The notes under the pieces are model-generated. The model saw only the letters and a list, made by a program, of their open reading frames with translations. It had not been told where the DNA came from and made no database searches. A program made the translations under genes and the position numbers. A stretch of 64,000 bases of DNA from an uncultured Chloroflexia bacterium. Its GTDB lineage: Bacteria > Chloroflexota > Limnocylindria > Limnocylindrales > CSP1-4. This document shows positions 47,277 through 56,267 of this stretch, one piece after another (position 1 is the stretch's first letter; each line of letters opens with the position of its first letter). The DNA is taken from assembly GCA_963813705.1 (NCBI GenBank), contig CAWFAH010000010.1, positions 921,085-985,084 of the forward strand, written 5' to 3'.

Positions 47277-48856
47277 CTAGTCGACGATCGTCTGGCTCTG
47301 CTCGCGCATGAACTGCTGGACGTAGTAGAAGCCCGCCGCCGGCCTTGCCCGTCGCGGTGCTGCCCTTCCAGCCGCCGAACGGCTGGATGCCCGGCCAGGC
47401 GCCGGTCGTCGCGCCCGCGCGCCGGTTGACGTAGACCACGCCGGCCTCGATCTCGTCGAGGAACTTGTCGACCTCGTCCTTGTCCTCGGAGTAGAACCCG
47501 GCCGTGAGCCCGAGGTTCGTGTCGTTCGACAGCGCGAGCGCCTCGTCGATCGAGTCGACCGGGGCGACGGCAGTGAACGGGATGAACAGCTCGTCGCGGA
47601 ACAGCCGGTGGTCCTTCGGCAGGTCGAGCGCCACCGTCGGAGCGACGAAGAAGCCGGCGTCGAGCCCGTTCTCGGTCACCCGCTCGCCGCCGATCGCGAG
47701 TCGGCCGGCCGAGCGCGCCTCGGCGACGGCCTGCTCGTACCGCGCGACGGCCCTGGCGTTGATCACCGGGCCCAGCCAGTTGCGCCGGTCGGTCGGATCG
47801 CCGATCGTGATCGCCTCGGTCTTCTCGACCAGCCGGCGGACGAGCTCGTCGTGGACCGGCCGCTCGACGTAGACCCGGCTGTTCGCCGAGCACTTCTCGC
47901 CCGAGAACCCGAACGCCGAGCGCATGATCCCCTCGGCCGCCTCGTCGAGGTCGGCATGGCGCGACACGATCGCCGGGTTCTTGCCGCCCATCTCGACGAT
48001 CACCGGCTTCGGGTAGGTCCTGGCGAAGCTCTTGTAGAGCCCGAAGCCGACCTCGAACGAGCCGGTGAAGATGACGCCGTCGACGCCGGGGTTCGTCTGG
48101 ATCTCGTCGCCGACCGTCTCGCCCGCGCCCATGACCATGTTGAACACGCCCGTCGGGGACGCCCGCGTCGCGCATCGCCCGCAGGAGGCAGGCGCCCGAC
48201 AGCGGCGCGTCGGACGACGGCTTGTAGACGACCGTGTTGCCGGCCACGAGAGCCCCGCCGGCCGGCCCGCCCGACAGCGCGAACGGGAAGTTGAACGGGC
48301 TGATCACGCCCCACACCCCGTACGGCTTGAGGACCGATCGGGTGTGGACGGTCGCGTCGCCGAGGTTGCCCATCGGATCGTCGAAGCCGTGGTTGCGCTC
48401 CATCATGTCGCACGACCAGCGGATCAGGTCGGCGGTCTCCTCGACGTCGCCGAGCGCCTCGAGCCGGTTCTTGCCGACCTCCATGGACAGCAGGGCGCTG
48501 AACTCCATCTGGCGTTCGCTGATGACGTCGGCGACCCGGCGCAGGATCTCGACGCGCTCCTGCCACGGCCGGCGCCCCCAGGCCGGGAACGCCGCCCGGG
48601 CCGCGGCGATGGCGTCCTGGACGTCCTTGCGCGATCCCTTCGCGAACGTCCCCATGACCGAGCCGTCGATCGGGGAGCGCTTCTCGAAGGTGCCGTCGCC
48701 GTCGCGCTCGGCGCCGCCGACGAAGTTGCGATAGGACCCGCCGAGCATCGTCCGCGCCTTGGCGAGCCCCGCCTCGTACTGGGCGTGAAGCTCCTCGTTG
48801 TCGTTGCGCAGCGTGGCGTAGGTGATCTTCAGGCGGGGCTTCGCCTCGGTCGACAT
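47277..48856 (-). pseudogene. Aldehyde dehydrogenase family protein, L-glutamate gamma-semialdehyde (1-pyrroline-5-carboxylate) dehydrogenase-like (RocA/PruA type), carrying two single-base frameshifts (near 48149-48151 and 47332-47334)
   Basis: Three frames concatenate to a full ALDH: MSTEAKPRLKITYATL...KPSSDAPLSGACLLRAMRDAGVPDG | VFNMVMGAGETVGDEI...VEMGGKNPAIV...FGFSGEKCSANSR...GIQPFGGWKGSTATGKAGGG | FYYVQQFMREQSQTIVD*. Catalytic Cys and Glu are present. Both shifts are an extra G/C in GGG/CCC runs. Confidence 0.8.
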
Positions 48857-48931
48857 CGTGGTGCTCCTGGTTTCGTGATCCGCGGGCCGAGCGTGGTCCA
48901 GTGACCTTCCAGTGTAGCCGGAGCGACCGGC

Positions 48932-49807
48932 TCAGCCGAGCGCGGCGACCACCGCCCGAAGGTCCGCGGCGATGGCGTCGGGCCGCCCGCCGCGGGCCGC
49001 AGCCGCGGCAGCGACGTCGCCGAGTCCGTGCTTCCCGGTCAGCACCAGGACGGTCCGAATCCCGAGCCGCCGGGCGGCCTGGATGTCGGACCGAAGGTCG
49101 TCGCCGACCATCACCACGTCGTGCCGGACGAGCCGTCGTCCGCCCCCCGCGCGGACGGCCGCGTCCAGCTCGGCCGTCGCCTCGCGGAAGAACGCGGCGG
49201 AGGGCTTGCCGAGGATCCGGGCCGGCTGCTCGGTCGCGAACTCGAGGCCGGTCACGAGGGCGCCCGAGTCGAGGGTCGGGCCGGCCGGCGTCAGCCACCA
49301 CGGGTTGCGGTGCATCCCGATCAGCTCGGCGCCGCTGCGGACGAGCCGGAACGCGCGGTTGAGGTTGTCGAACGTGAACGCCTCCGGCGCGTCGCCGATG
49401 ACCACCGCCGCGGCGCGCGCGCCCGGCGCGTCGGCCTCCTCGGCGGTCAGCAGGCGCTGGCCGGCGAACTCGGTCAGCGCGTCGGTCGAGGCCATCACGA
49501 ACAGCCGCTCCCCGGGGTGGCGCTGGCGGGTGTAGGCCGCGCTGGCCGACAGCGCGCTCAGGATCCGGTCCGCCGCGATCGGGGCGCCGAGACGGTCGCC
49601 CCAGCGCGACAGGCTGGACCGGCTGACGAGCGAGGTGTTCGTGACGATGCGGTACGGGACGGCCCGGGCGTCGAGGGCGGCGAGGGCGGCACCCGCGCCG
49701 TCGATGAGCGCGCCCTTCAGGACGATCACGCCGTCGAGATCGAGCAGCAGCGCGCGGACGCCGGCGAGGGCGACCCGCAGCTCGGCCGGCGTGCTCGGGG
49801 AGGTCAT
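48932..49807 (-). CDS. HAD-IIA family hydrolase (NagD-like sugar phosphatase family)
   Basis: 291 aa from MTSPSTPAEL. Motif I LLLDLDGVI. Motif II IVTNTS. C-terminal VGDDLRSDI. Only 33 bp separate it from divergent fabI. Confidence 0.8.
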   Translation of the reverse strand: MTSPSTPAELRVALAGVRALLLDLDGVIVLKGALIDGAGAALAALDARAVPYRIVTNTSLVSRSSLSRWGDRLGAPIAADRILSALSASAAYTRQRHPGERLFVMASTDALTEFAGQRLLTAEEADAPGARAAAVVIGDAPEAFTFDNLNRAFRLVRSGAELIGMHRNPWWLTPAGPTLDSGALVTGLEFATEQPARILGKPSAAFFREATAELDAAVRAGGGRRLVRHDVVMVGDDLRSDIQAARRLGIRTVLVLTGKHGLGDVAAAAAARGGRPDAIAADLRAVVAALG

Positions 49808-49840
49808 CGCCACAGCGTACCCGTCTGCTACCCTCGGCCG

Positions 49841-50620
49841 ATGGGACTGCTCGACGGCAAGCGGGCGCTCATCTTCGGCGTCGCGAACGACCACTCGATC
49901 GCCTGGGGCATCGCGAAGGCGCTCCACGAGCAGGGCGCGACCGTCGGGTTCAGCTCGGTCGAGAGCCTGATCGAGAAGCGTGTCCGGCCGCTCGCGACGT
50001 CGATCGGGTCGACCTTCGTGGAGCCGTGCGACGTCCAGTCCGACGAGCAGATCCGGGGCGTCCTCGCGAAGTGGGGCGGGGCCTACGGCCGGCTCGACAT
50101 CCTCGTCCATGCCCTGGCCTTCGCCCGGCGCGAGGACCTCGAGGGTGCCTTCGTCGACACGTCCCGCGACGGCTTCGCGCTGGCGCTCGACGTCAGCGCC
50201 TACTCGCTCGTCGCGCTCGTCCGCGAGGCGCGCCCGTTCATGGATCCGGGTGCGAGCGTGATCACGCTGACCTACTACGGCGCCGAGAAGGTCGTCGACA
50301 ACTACAACGTGATGGGCGTCGCCAAGGCCGCCCTCGAGGCATCCGTCCGCTACCTCGCGGCCGACCTGGGGCCCGACGGCGTGCGGGTCAACGCCATCAG
50401 CGCCGGACCGGTCCGCACGCTGGCGGCCGCCGGGATCGCCGGGTTCAAGAAGATGTACGGGTCGTTCGCGGAGGTCGCTCCGCTCCGGACGAACATCACC
50501 CCCGAGGACGTCGGCCGGACGGCCGTCTACCTCGCCGGCGACCTGTCGAGCGCCGTGACCGGCGAGGTCATCTACGTCGACGGCGGGTTCAACATCCTGG
50601 GCGTCCCGACGGCCGACTGA
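49841..50620 (+). CDS. fabI: Enoyl-[acyl-carrier-protein] reductase FabI (NADH-dependent, InhA-like SDR)
   Basis: MGLLDGKRALIFGVANDHSIAWGIAKALHEQGA... with catalytic Y/K (YNVMGVAKAALEASVRYLA) and C-terminal GEVIYVDGGFNI. Confidence 0.9.
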   Translation: MGLLDGKRALIFGVANDHSIAWGIAKALHEQGATVGFSSVESLIEKRVRPLATSIGSTFVEPCDVQSDEQIRGVLAKWGGAYGRLDILVHALAFARREDLEGAFVDTSRDGFALALDVSAYSLVALVREARPFMDPGASVITLTYYGAEKVVDNYNVMGVAKAALEASVRYLAADLGPDGVRVNAISAGPVRTLAAAGIAGFKKMYGSFAEVAPLRTNITPEDVGRTAVYLAGDLSSAVTGEVIYVDGGFNILGVPTAD

Positions 50621-50703
50621 GCCGGCCACAGCCGGACGCCGCGGCGTCGCGCGTGGCATCCCGGTCCGCCGAACGGTGAGCCGTTCCGGGTATCGTCCAG
50701 GGC

Positions 50704-51228
50704 ATGGCCCTGCGAGTCGTCCTCGGTCACGGCGCGTCCGGCACGGCCGCGAGCATGGCGCCCTTCGTCGAGGGGCTGCGTGCCCGCGGGATCGACGCGG
50801 TCGCGGTCGACCTGCCGCGGCGCAAGGCGGAGGATGTCGTCCCACGCTGGCTCGAGCTGGCGCCGCCGGGACCCGGGATCGTCGCCGGCGGCCACTCGTT
50901 CGGCGGGCGCGTGGCCAGCCTCGCCGCTGCGGCGGCCGGCGAGACGGGCGGCTACCGCGGGCTCGTGTGCTACTCCTACCCGCTCCATCGGCCCGGCGCG
51001 CCCGAGCTGGGGCCGCGAGTCGCGCACTGGCCCTCGATCGCCTGCCCGGTCCTGCTGCTGTCGGGCGAATCCGACCCGTTCGCGCGGATCGACCTCCTGC
51101 GGGCGGCGGTCCCGCTGCTCCGTCACGGCGAGCTCGTCACGTACCCCCGGCTCGGTCACGGCCTGAAGCCGGTCCTCGACGACGCCCTGGACCGGACGGC
51201 AGCGTTCATCCGCGCCCTGCCCGCATGA
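50704..51228 (+). CDS. Alpha/beta hydrolase fold protein (dienelactone hydrolase-like, 174 aa)
   Basis: Nucleophile elbow GGHSFGG. C-terminal His in RLGHG. Its stop overlaps the next gene. Confidence 0.75.
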   Translation: MALRVVLGHGASGTAASMAPFVEGLRARGIDAVAVDLPRRKAEDVVPRWLELAPPGPGIVAGGHSFGGRVASLAAAAAGETGGYRGLVCYSYPLHRPGAPELGPRVAHWPSIACPVLLLSGESDPFARIDLLRAAVPLLRHGELVTYPRLGHGLKPVLDDALDRTAAFIRALPA

Positions 51229-52271
51229 GCGCGCGGGTCGGCATCGGTCTGGTCGGCGCCGGGCGGATGGGCTCGGTGCACGCCCGGCTCATCGCCGGCG
51301 GCATTGCCGGGGCGCGGCTCGCAGGGATCGCCGATGTCGATCGCGCGGCGGCGCGGCGGCTGGCGGCCGAGGTCGGCGACCCGCCCGCCTACGGCTCGCT
51401 CGATGAGCTCCTCGTGGCTCCCGGGATCGACGCCGTGCTGATCGCCATCTCCTCGCACCGCCACCTCGACGCGATCCGCGCTGCCGCGGCGGCCGGCAAG
51501 GACATCCTGTGCGAGAAGCCGATCGCGCTGACGATCGAGGACACCGATGCGGCCATCGCGGCGACGGACGCGGCCGGCATCCGGCTGCAGGTCGGGTTCA
51601 TGCGCCGCTGGGACCCCGACTACGCCCGGGCGAAGGAACGCCTGGCCTCGGGCCGCTACGGACGACCGACGCTGTTCACCTCGCTCCAGTTCGACCCGGC
51701 GCCGCCGCCGCTCGCGTTCGCCGATCCAGCCGTCAGCGGCGGGATCATGGTCGACATGGGGATCCACGAGTTCGACCTGGCCCGCTGGCTGATGGCGGAC
51801 GAGGTCGCCGAGGTCCACGCCTACGGCAGCGCGATCGCCAGCCCAGCGTTCGGGGCGATCGGCGATGCCGACACCGTGGCGGTCGCGCTGCGCTTCGCCG
51901 GCGGCGCGCTCGGCAGCGTGCTGCTCGCCCGGTCCACGACCTACGGGGAGGACGTCCGGACGGAGGTCCTCGCCACGAACGGCTCGGTCTGGATCGGCGG
52001 CATCCCGACGACGCCGGGCGCTTCGAGCGGTGGCCTCCCGCGCGCTGCGGGCGGGCCGTGGACCGGCGCGCTCGCGACCGATACCCTCGACCCGTCGATC
52101 CCGCGGTTCGAGCGTGGCTACGCCGATCAGACCCGCGGCTTCGTCGAGGCGATCGTCGCCGACCGTCCCGTCGCGGTGCCGGCGTGGGAGAGCCGAGCCG
52201 CGCTCCGGATCGCCGTGGCAGCCGATCGCTCGATGCACGAGGGTCGCCCGGTAGCGGTCGCCGTCGGGTGA
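51225..52271 (+). CDS. Gfo/Idh/MocA family oxidoreductase
   Basis: N-terminal Rossmann VGIGLVGAGRMGSVHA and EKP motif ILCEKPIALT. ATGA overlap with the upstream gene. Confidence 0.85.
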   Translation: MSARVGIGLVGAGRMGSVHARLIAGGIAGARLAGIADVDRAAARRLAAEVGDPPAYGSLDELLVAPGIDAVLIAISSHRHLDAIRAAAAAGKDILCEKPIALTIEDTDAAIAATDAAGIRLQVGFMRRWDPDYARAKERLASGRYGRPTLFTSLQFDPAPPPLAFADPAVSGGIMVDMGIHEFDLARWLMADEVAEVHAYGSAIASPAFGAIGDADTVAVALRFAGGALGSVLLARSTTYGEDVRTEVLATNGSVWIGGIPTTPGASSGGLPRAAGGPWTGALATDTLDPSIPRFERGYADQTRGFVEAIVADRPVAVPAWESRAALRIAVAADRSMHEGRPVAVAVG

Positions 52272-52345
52272 CCGGGCTGCAGCGCGGGCTTGTCCCGCTC
52301 GGCGCGGGTGCCTATCGTGCCGTCATAGGAAGGAAGGATCCCGCC

Positions 52346-53440
52346 ATGGACGTCGCGACCGACACGCCGCTCGCCCGGATGACCCGGACCACGCCGACCG
52401 AGTACTGGAACAATTCGCCCGCCGTGGCCGAGCTCGAGTACGCGATCGCGAACGGGGCGGTCGGGGCGACCTCGAACCCGACGATCGTCGGCGAGGTCCT
52501 GCGCAAGGAGCTCGACGCCTGGCGGCCGCGGATCCGTGAGCTGAGCGAGGAGCGCCCGACCGCGACCGACGTCGAGGTCACCTGGGCGGTCGCCGAGGCG
52601 ATGGCCGTCCGCGGCGCCGCCCTGCTCGAGCCGATCTTCGTCCGCGAGCGCGGGCGCAAGGGCCGCCTGTCGATCCAGACGAACCCGACCTTCCATCGGG
52701 ACGCCGAACGGATGCTCGACCAGGGTCGCCGGTTCGCCGGCCTGGCGCCGAACATCCAGGTCAAGTTCCCGGCGACGAGCGCCGGGCTCGAGGCGATCGA
52801 GGCGGCCACCTTCGACGGCATCTCGATCAACGCGACGGTGTCGTTCACCCTGCCGCAGGCCCTCGCGGTCGGCGCCGCCGTCGAGCGCGGCCTGGCCCGC
52901 CGCGAGGCCGCCGGCCTGGACGTGGCCGCGATGAGCCCGGTCTGCACCCTGATGATCGGCCGGCTCGACGACTGGGTGAAGGCGGTCTGCGAGCGCGACG
53001 ACATCGTGGTCGACCCGGCCGCCCCGAACTGGGCGGGGATCGCCGTGTTCAAGCGCGCGGCCGGGATCTACGCCGAGCGGGGCTACCGGACCCGACTCCT
53101 GGCGGCGGCCTACCGCCATCGCCTCCACTGGACCGAGCTTGTCGGCGGCGATGTCACCCTGACGATGCCTCACCAGTGGCAGGTCCGGTTCAACGCGTCC
53201 GGGATCGACGCGCCCGCCCGCTTCGCCGAGCCCGTCCCCGCCGAGATGCTCGACGACCTCCTGGCCCGCGTTCCCGACTTCGGGCGCGCCTATGAGCCGG
53301 ACGGCCTGAGCGTGGCCGAGTTCGACACGTACGGGGCGACGGTGCGGACGCTGCGGGCCTTCATCTCGAGCTACTGGGACCTCGTCCGCGCCGTCGACGA
53401 GCTGCTGCTGCCGAACCCGGACGTGCGCTCGGCGCGGTGA
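52346..53440 (+). CDS. Transaldolase family protein
   Basis: GGAAGGAAGG RBS. Motif GATSNPTIV. Schiff-base Lys in IQVKFPATSAGLEAIEA. Confidence 0.85.
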   Translation: MDVATDTPLARMTRTTPTEYWNNSPAVAELEYAIANGAVGATSNPTIVGEVLRKELDAWRPRIRELSEERPTATDVEVTWAVAEAMAVRGAALLEPIFVRERGRKGRLSIQTNPTFHRDAERMLDQGRRFAGLAPNIQVKFPATSAGLEAIEAATFDGISINATVSFTLPQALAVGAAVERGLARREAAGLDVAAMSPVCTLMIGRLDDWVKAVCERDDIVVDPAAPNWAGIAVFKRAAGIYAERGYRTRLLAAAYRHRLHWTELVGGDVTLTMPHQWQVRFNASGIDAPARFAEPVPAEMLDDLLARVPDFGRAYEPDGLSVAEFDTYGATVRTLRAFISSYWDLVRAVDELLLPNPDVRSAR

Positions 53441-54054
53441 ACCGGATCCGGCTCACCCCGACGGAGCGGCGATTCCTCGAGTCGACCCGACGCATCGTGC
53501 TCGTGACCGTCGACGTGCACGGCCGGCCGCGTGCCGTGCCGATCTGCTTCACCGTCGCCGACGAGCCGGACGGGACCGTGGTCTGGAGCCCGATCGACGA
53601 GAAGCCGAAGCAGTCCGGCGATCCGCGCGACCTCGCCCGGGTGCGCGACGTCGCCGAGCGACCCGAGGTCGGCCTCCTGGCCGACCGCTGGGACGAGGAC
53701 TGGGGCCGGCTCGCCTGGCTCCGCCTCCGGGGCGCCGCGGCGCTGGTCGAACCCGACGGCGCCCCGAGCGACCGCCGCCCGTTGTGGCCCGGACCGCGCG
53801 CGATCGCCGGGCTCCGGGCGCGCTATCCGCAGTACGCCGATCACGACCTCGAGTCGCGGCCGCTCATCCGGATCGAGCTGTCCGAGTCGCTCGCCTGGGG
53901 CGATCTCGGCGCGCGGAGGCGGACCCGCGGCCGGCGGCTGACGGCCCGGCGTCGACCGCCGCCCGCGACCCGGCGCCGAGTCGAGCGGCCTGCCGGCGGC
54001 GTCCAAATGGCACTGGCCGGCTCGGGCTCGGCCAGGACGACACTCCCGGGATAG
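53437..54054 (+). CDS. PPOX class F420-dependent / pyridoxamine 5'-phosphate oxidase family protein
   Basis: GTG start overlapping the transaldolase stop. RRIVLVTVDVHGRPRAVPICF...WGRLAWLRLRGAAALVEPDG is split-barrel PPOX-like. The Arg-rich C-terminal ~60 aa are of uncertain reality. Confidence 0.7.
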   Translation: MNRIRLTPTERRFLESTRRIVLVTVDVHGRPRAVPICFTVADEPDGTVVWSPIDEKPKQSGDPRDLARVRDVAERPEVGLLADRWDEDWGRLAWLRLRGAAALVEPDGAPSDRRPLWPGPRAIAGLRARYPQYADHDLESRPLIRIELSESLAWGDLGARRRTRGRRLTARRRPPPATRRRVERPAGGVQMALAGSGSARTTLPG

Positions 54055-54066
54055 GGAGGTACGACC

Positions 54067-54276
54067 GTGCGCAGGCGATCAACCAACCCCGAGCTCGGTG
54101 CGCTCCTGATCGGGGCCATCCTGCTGCTCGTCGGCGGCTACTACCTGCTGACCAGCACCCTCGGGCTCGCCCTGCCCGAGCTCAACTGGGACGCAATCTG
54201 GCCGCTGTTCGTCATCGCCCTCGGGATCGGGATCCTGTGGCGGGCGGTGGACACGCACGCCGCCGATCGTTCCTGA
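54067..54276 (+). CDS. Small membrane protein (69 aa, 2 TM), hypothetical
   Basis: Short hydrophobic ORF 13 bp after the previous stop. GC3 bias. Weak support. Confidence 0.45.
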   Translation: MRRRSTNPELGALLIGAILLLVGGYYLLTSTLGLALPELNWDAIWPLFVIALGIGILWRAVDTHAADRS

Positions 54277-54427
54277 CCCGCTCGGCACGGTCCTGGCGCG
54301 GTCCTCGCGGGACCGGCACGGACCGGCCAGTCGCGCAACGCGGCAACGACGACACCGCCCGGGGCCGTTTGGGCCGCCGGGCGGTGGGGTGTTGGGCTGC
54401 GAGTGTCGGTCGAGACCGACCGGTCGG

Positions 54428-54713
54428 TCAGACCGGACCGCGTCCGACCCGGCGCGAGCCGGTCAGGAAGCCGGCGATGACGACGACGATGATCGCGCCC
54501 ACGACCGAGATGACGATCGTGCTGAGATCGAGCGGACCCTGGATCGGGTCCTTCACGTTCAGGAGCACGCCGGCGAGGAAGCCGCCGAGCAAGCGCGCCG
54601 ACGACACCGAGCACGATATGGCCAATGATCCCGAGCCCCTCGTCGCCCTTGACGAGGAACCCGGCGAGATAGCCGGCGATCGCGCCAAGCACGATCCAGG
54701 CGATCAGGTTCAT
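54428..54713 (-). pseudogene. GlsB/YeaQ/YmgE family (transglycosylase-associated) stress-response membrane protein with single-base frameshift near 54590-54594
   Basis: GGAGG RBS then MNLIAWIVLGAIAGYLAGFLVKGDEGLGIIGHIVLGVVGAL in one frame. The continuation LGGFLAGVLLNVKDPIQGPLDLSTIVISVVGAIIVVVIAGFLTGSRR is in another frame. Together they form a canonical ~90-aa family member. Confidence 0.6.
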
Positions 54714-55007
54714 GTGTTGACCTCCGTCGTTGTCGGGCCGGGGTAGCCGCAGGGTCGCGACCGGCCAGGGCCGTAGCGGCACCTTGGCGGGCGGCTCGTT
54801 TCGGCGACGGCGTTCGGAGACCGGCGGCCATTGCGGTTCGATAACGACCGCGGCTCCCGAACGGCCGCGCGAACCCGGCGCGGCGCTCCGCTCATGCCGA
54901 TGCAATGCCCGACCCCGGGCCTGTGATGGGGACCGGTCCCCCGAGGTGCCACCGTCAGATGCCCCCGAGCCGGAGTGCCGGAGGCCACCGACGGAGGTTC
55001 AACTCCG

Positions 55008-55400
55008 ATGAACGAAGAGCGAACCCTGGTCCAGCGGACCGACGTGGAGAGCGGGCTCCCGGCACGGCGGACGGTCGTCGATGAGACCATCCGCCGATCG
55101 CCGAGCGGCGCGGAGGTCGCACGCCGGATCGTCGTCTTCGCGTTCGGCATCGTGCAGCTGCTGATCGTCCTGCGGATCGTCCTGCTGCTCGTCGGTGCCG
55201 ATCGCGCCAACGCGCTCGTGCGCGCGATCTACGACGTCAGCGGCGTCCTCGTCGCCCCGTTCGAGGGCATCCTCCGGACCAACGCAATGTCGGCCGGTGG
55301 CGCGGTCCTCGACGTGTCGGCGCTGGTCGCCCTCGTCGGCTGGACGATCCTCGAGCTCGTGATCGTCGCCGCGATCGGGATCGCCCGGCGCGAGCCCTGA
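55008..55400 (+). CDS. YggT family membrane protein (Ycf19/YlmG-like)
   Basis: GGAGG RBS 10 nt upstream of the ATG. Two YggT-like half repeats (FGIVQLLIVLRIVLLLV...AIYDVSGVLVAPFEGIL; LDVSALVALVGWTILELVI). Confidence 0.65.
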   Translation: MNEERTLVQRTDVESGLPARRTVVDETIRRSPSGAEVARRIVVFAFGIVQLLIVLRIVLLLVGADRANALVRAIYDVSGVLVAPFEGILRTNAMSAGGAVLDVSALVALVGWTILELVIVAAIGIARREP

Positions 55401-55540
55401 ACCGTCGGCGAACGAGCGCGGCAGCGGCTCCGATATGGCGCTGTAATGCGGCGCCGGACTCGGCGCGCTCGCGCGTCAGGCCCGGTCACGCCATCGTCAG
55501 CGTCGCGAGCAGACCGCCTCCCTCGATCCGGTCCGCTCCT

Positions 55541-55616
55541 GGGCCCGCCCCTCCCTCGGGGGCGGGCCCGCCCAGAACGACCGCCCGATCTCCTCCCTCC
55601 TCAGATCGGGCGGTCG
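55541..55616. terminator. Two consecutive GC-rich stem-loops (GGGCCCGCCCC-N6-GGGGCGGGCCC at 55541-55567; CGACCGCCCGATC-N13-GATCGGGCGGTCG at 55578-55616) with CT-rich (CCUCC-containing) loops; candidate factor-independent terminators or a structured leader/sRNA
   Basis: Perfect 11-bp and 13-bp inverted repeats read directly. No U-tract. Located between yggT and the small stress-protein gene. Confidence 0.4.
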
Positions 55617-55834
55617 TCGGTGTCCGGGCAACCTGCCACCAGTCCCCGGATTGGCTGCCGTCGTCAGGTCGCTGGGCCGGCGTCGGGTGCCCGGGGCGGA
55701 CGGGCCGACCCACCTTGCGAGGGGGCTGCAAGCGACCGCCCGGCGGCCCGAGCGGCCGGCGCAACTCGGGCCACGCGACCGTTGCGGAAGACGGCCGGGG
55801 TTCCCGGTCGACCCAGCCCAGGAGGTTCGCAACC

Positions 55835-56059
55835 ATGGACCAGGCCAAGAAGACGTACCGCGACGTGGAGACGGACGCGAAGGAGACCCTGCGCGACGTG
55901 GACGGCCACGACCTCAAGGACGACCTCGGCAACGCTGGCGACAAGGTCCGCCGGGATCTCGGCAATGCCGGTGACGACCTCCGCGGAGGCATCGACCAGA
56001 CGGGCCGGGAGATGGACCGCGAGGAGGAGCCCGCGACCACTCGTCCGATCGACCGCTGA
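55835..56059 (+). CDS. Small hydrophilic repeat protein (74 aa), CsbD/stress-protein-like
   Basis: AGGAGG RBS. Sequence MDQAKKTYRDVETDAKETLRDVDGHDLKDDLGNAGDKVRRDLGNAGDDLRGGIDQTGREMDREEEP has the internal repeat DLGNAGD(K/D)(V/L)R. Confidence 0.6.
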   Translation: MDQAKKTYRDVETDAKETLRDVDGHDLKDDLGNAGDKVRRDLGNAGDDLRGGIDQTGREMDREEEPATTRPIDR

Positions 56060-56267
56060 GCCTGCGGGCGGCCCGGCCGAGCCCGCGCCGGGCCGCCCGT
56101 TCTCCACGGCGCCTGCAATGCCGCTGCAACGGATCCGCGGCGGAGCCGCGCGTGCGAGTGACGACCGGGCTGCCATGCTGCCGCGGGGCCGGCCCACGTC
56201 CCTGGGCCGGCCTACCTCCAGGCTCGCAGGTCCCCGATCGCGGTACAGTCCGCTGGAGAGGAGCCGC

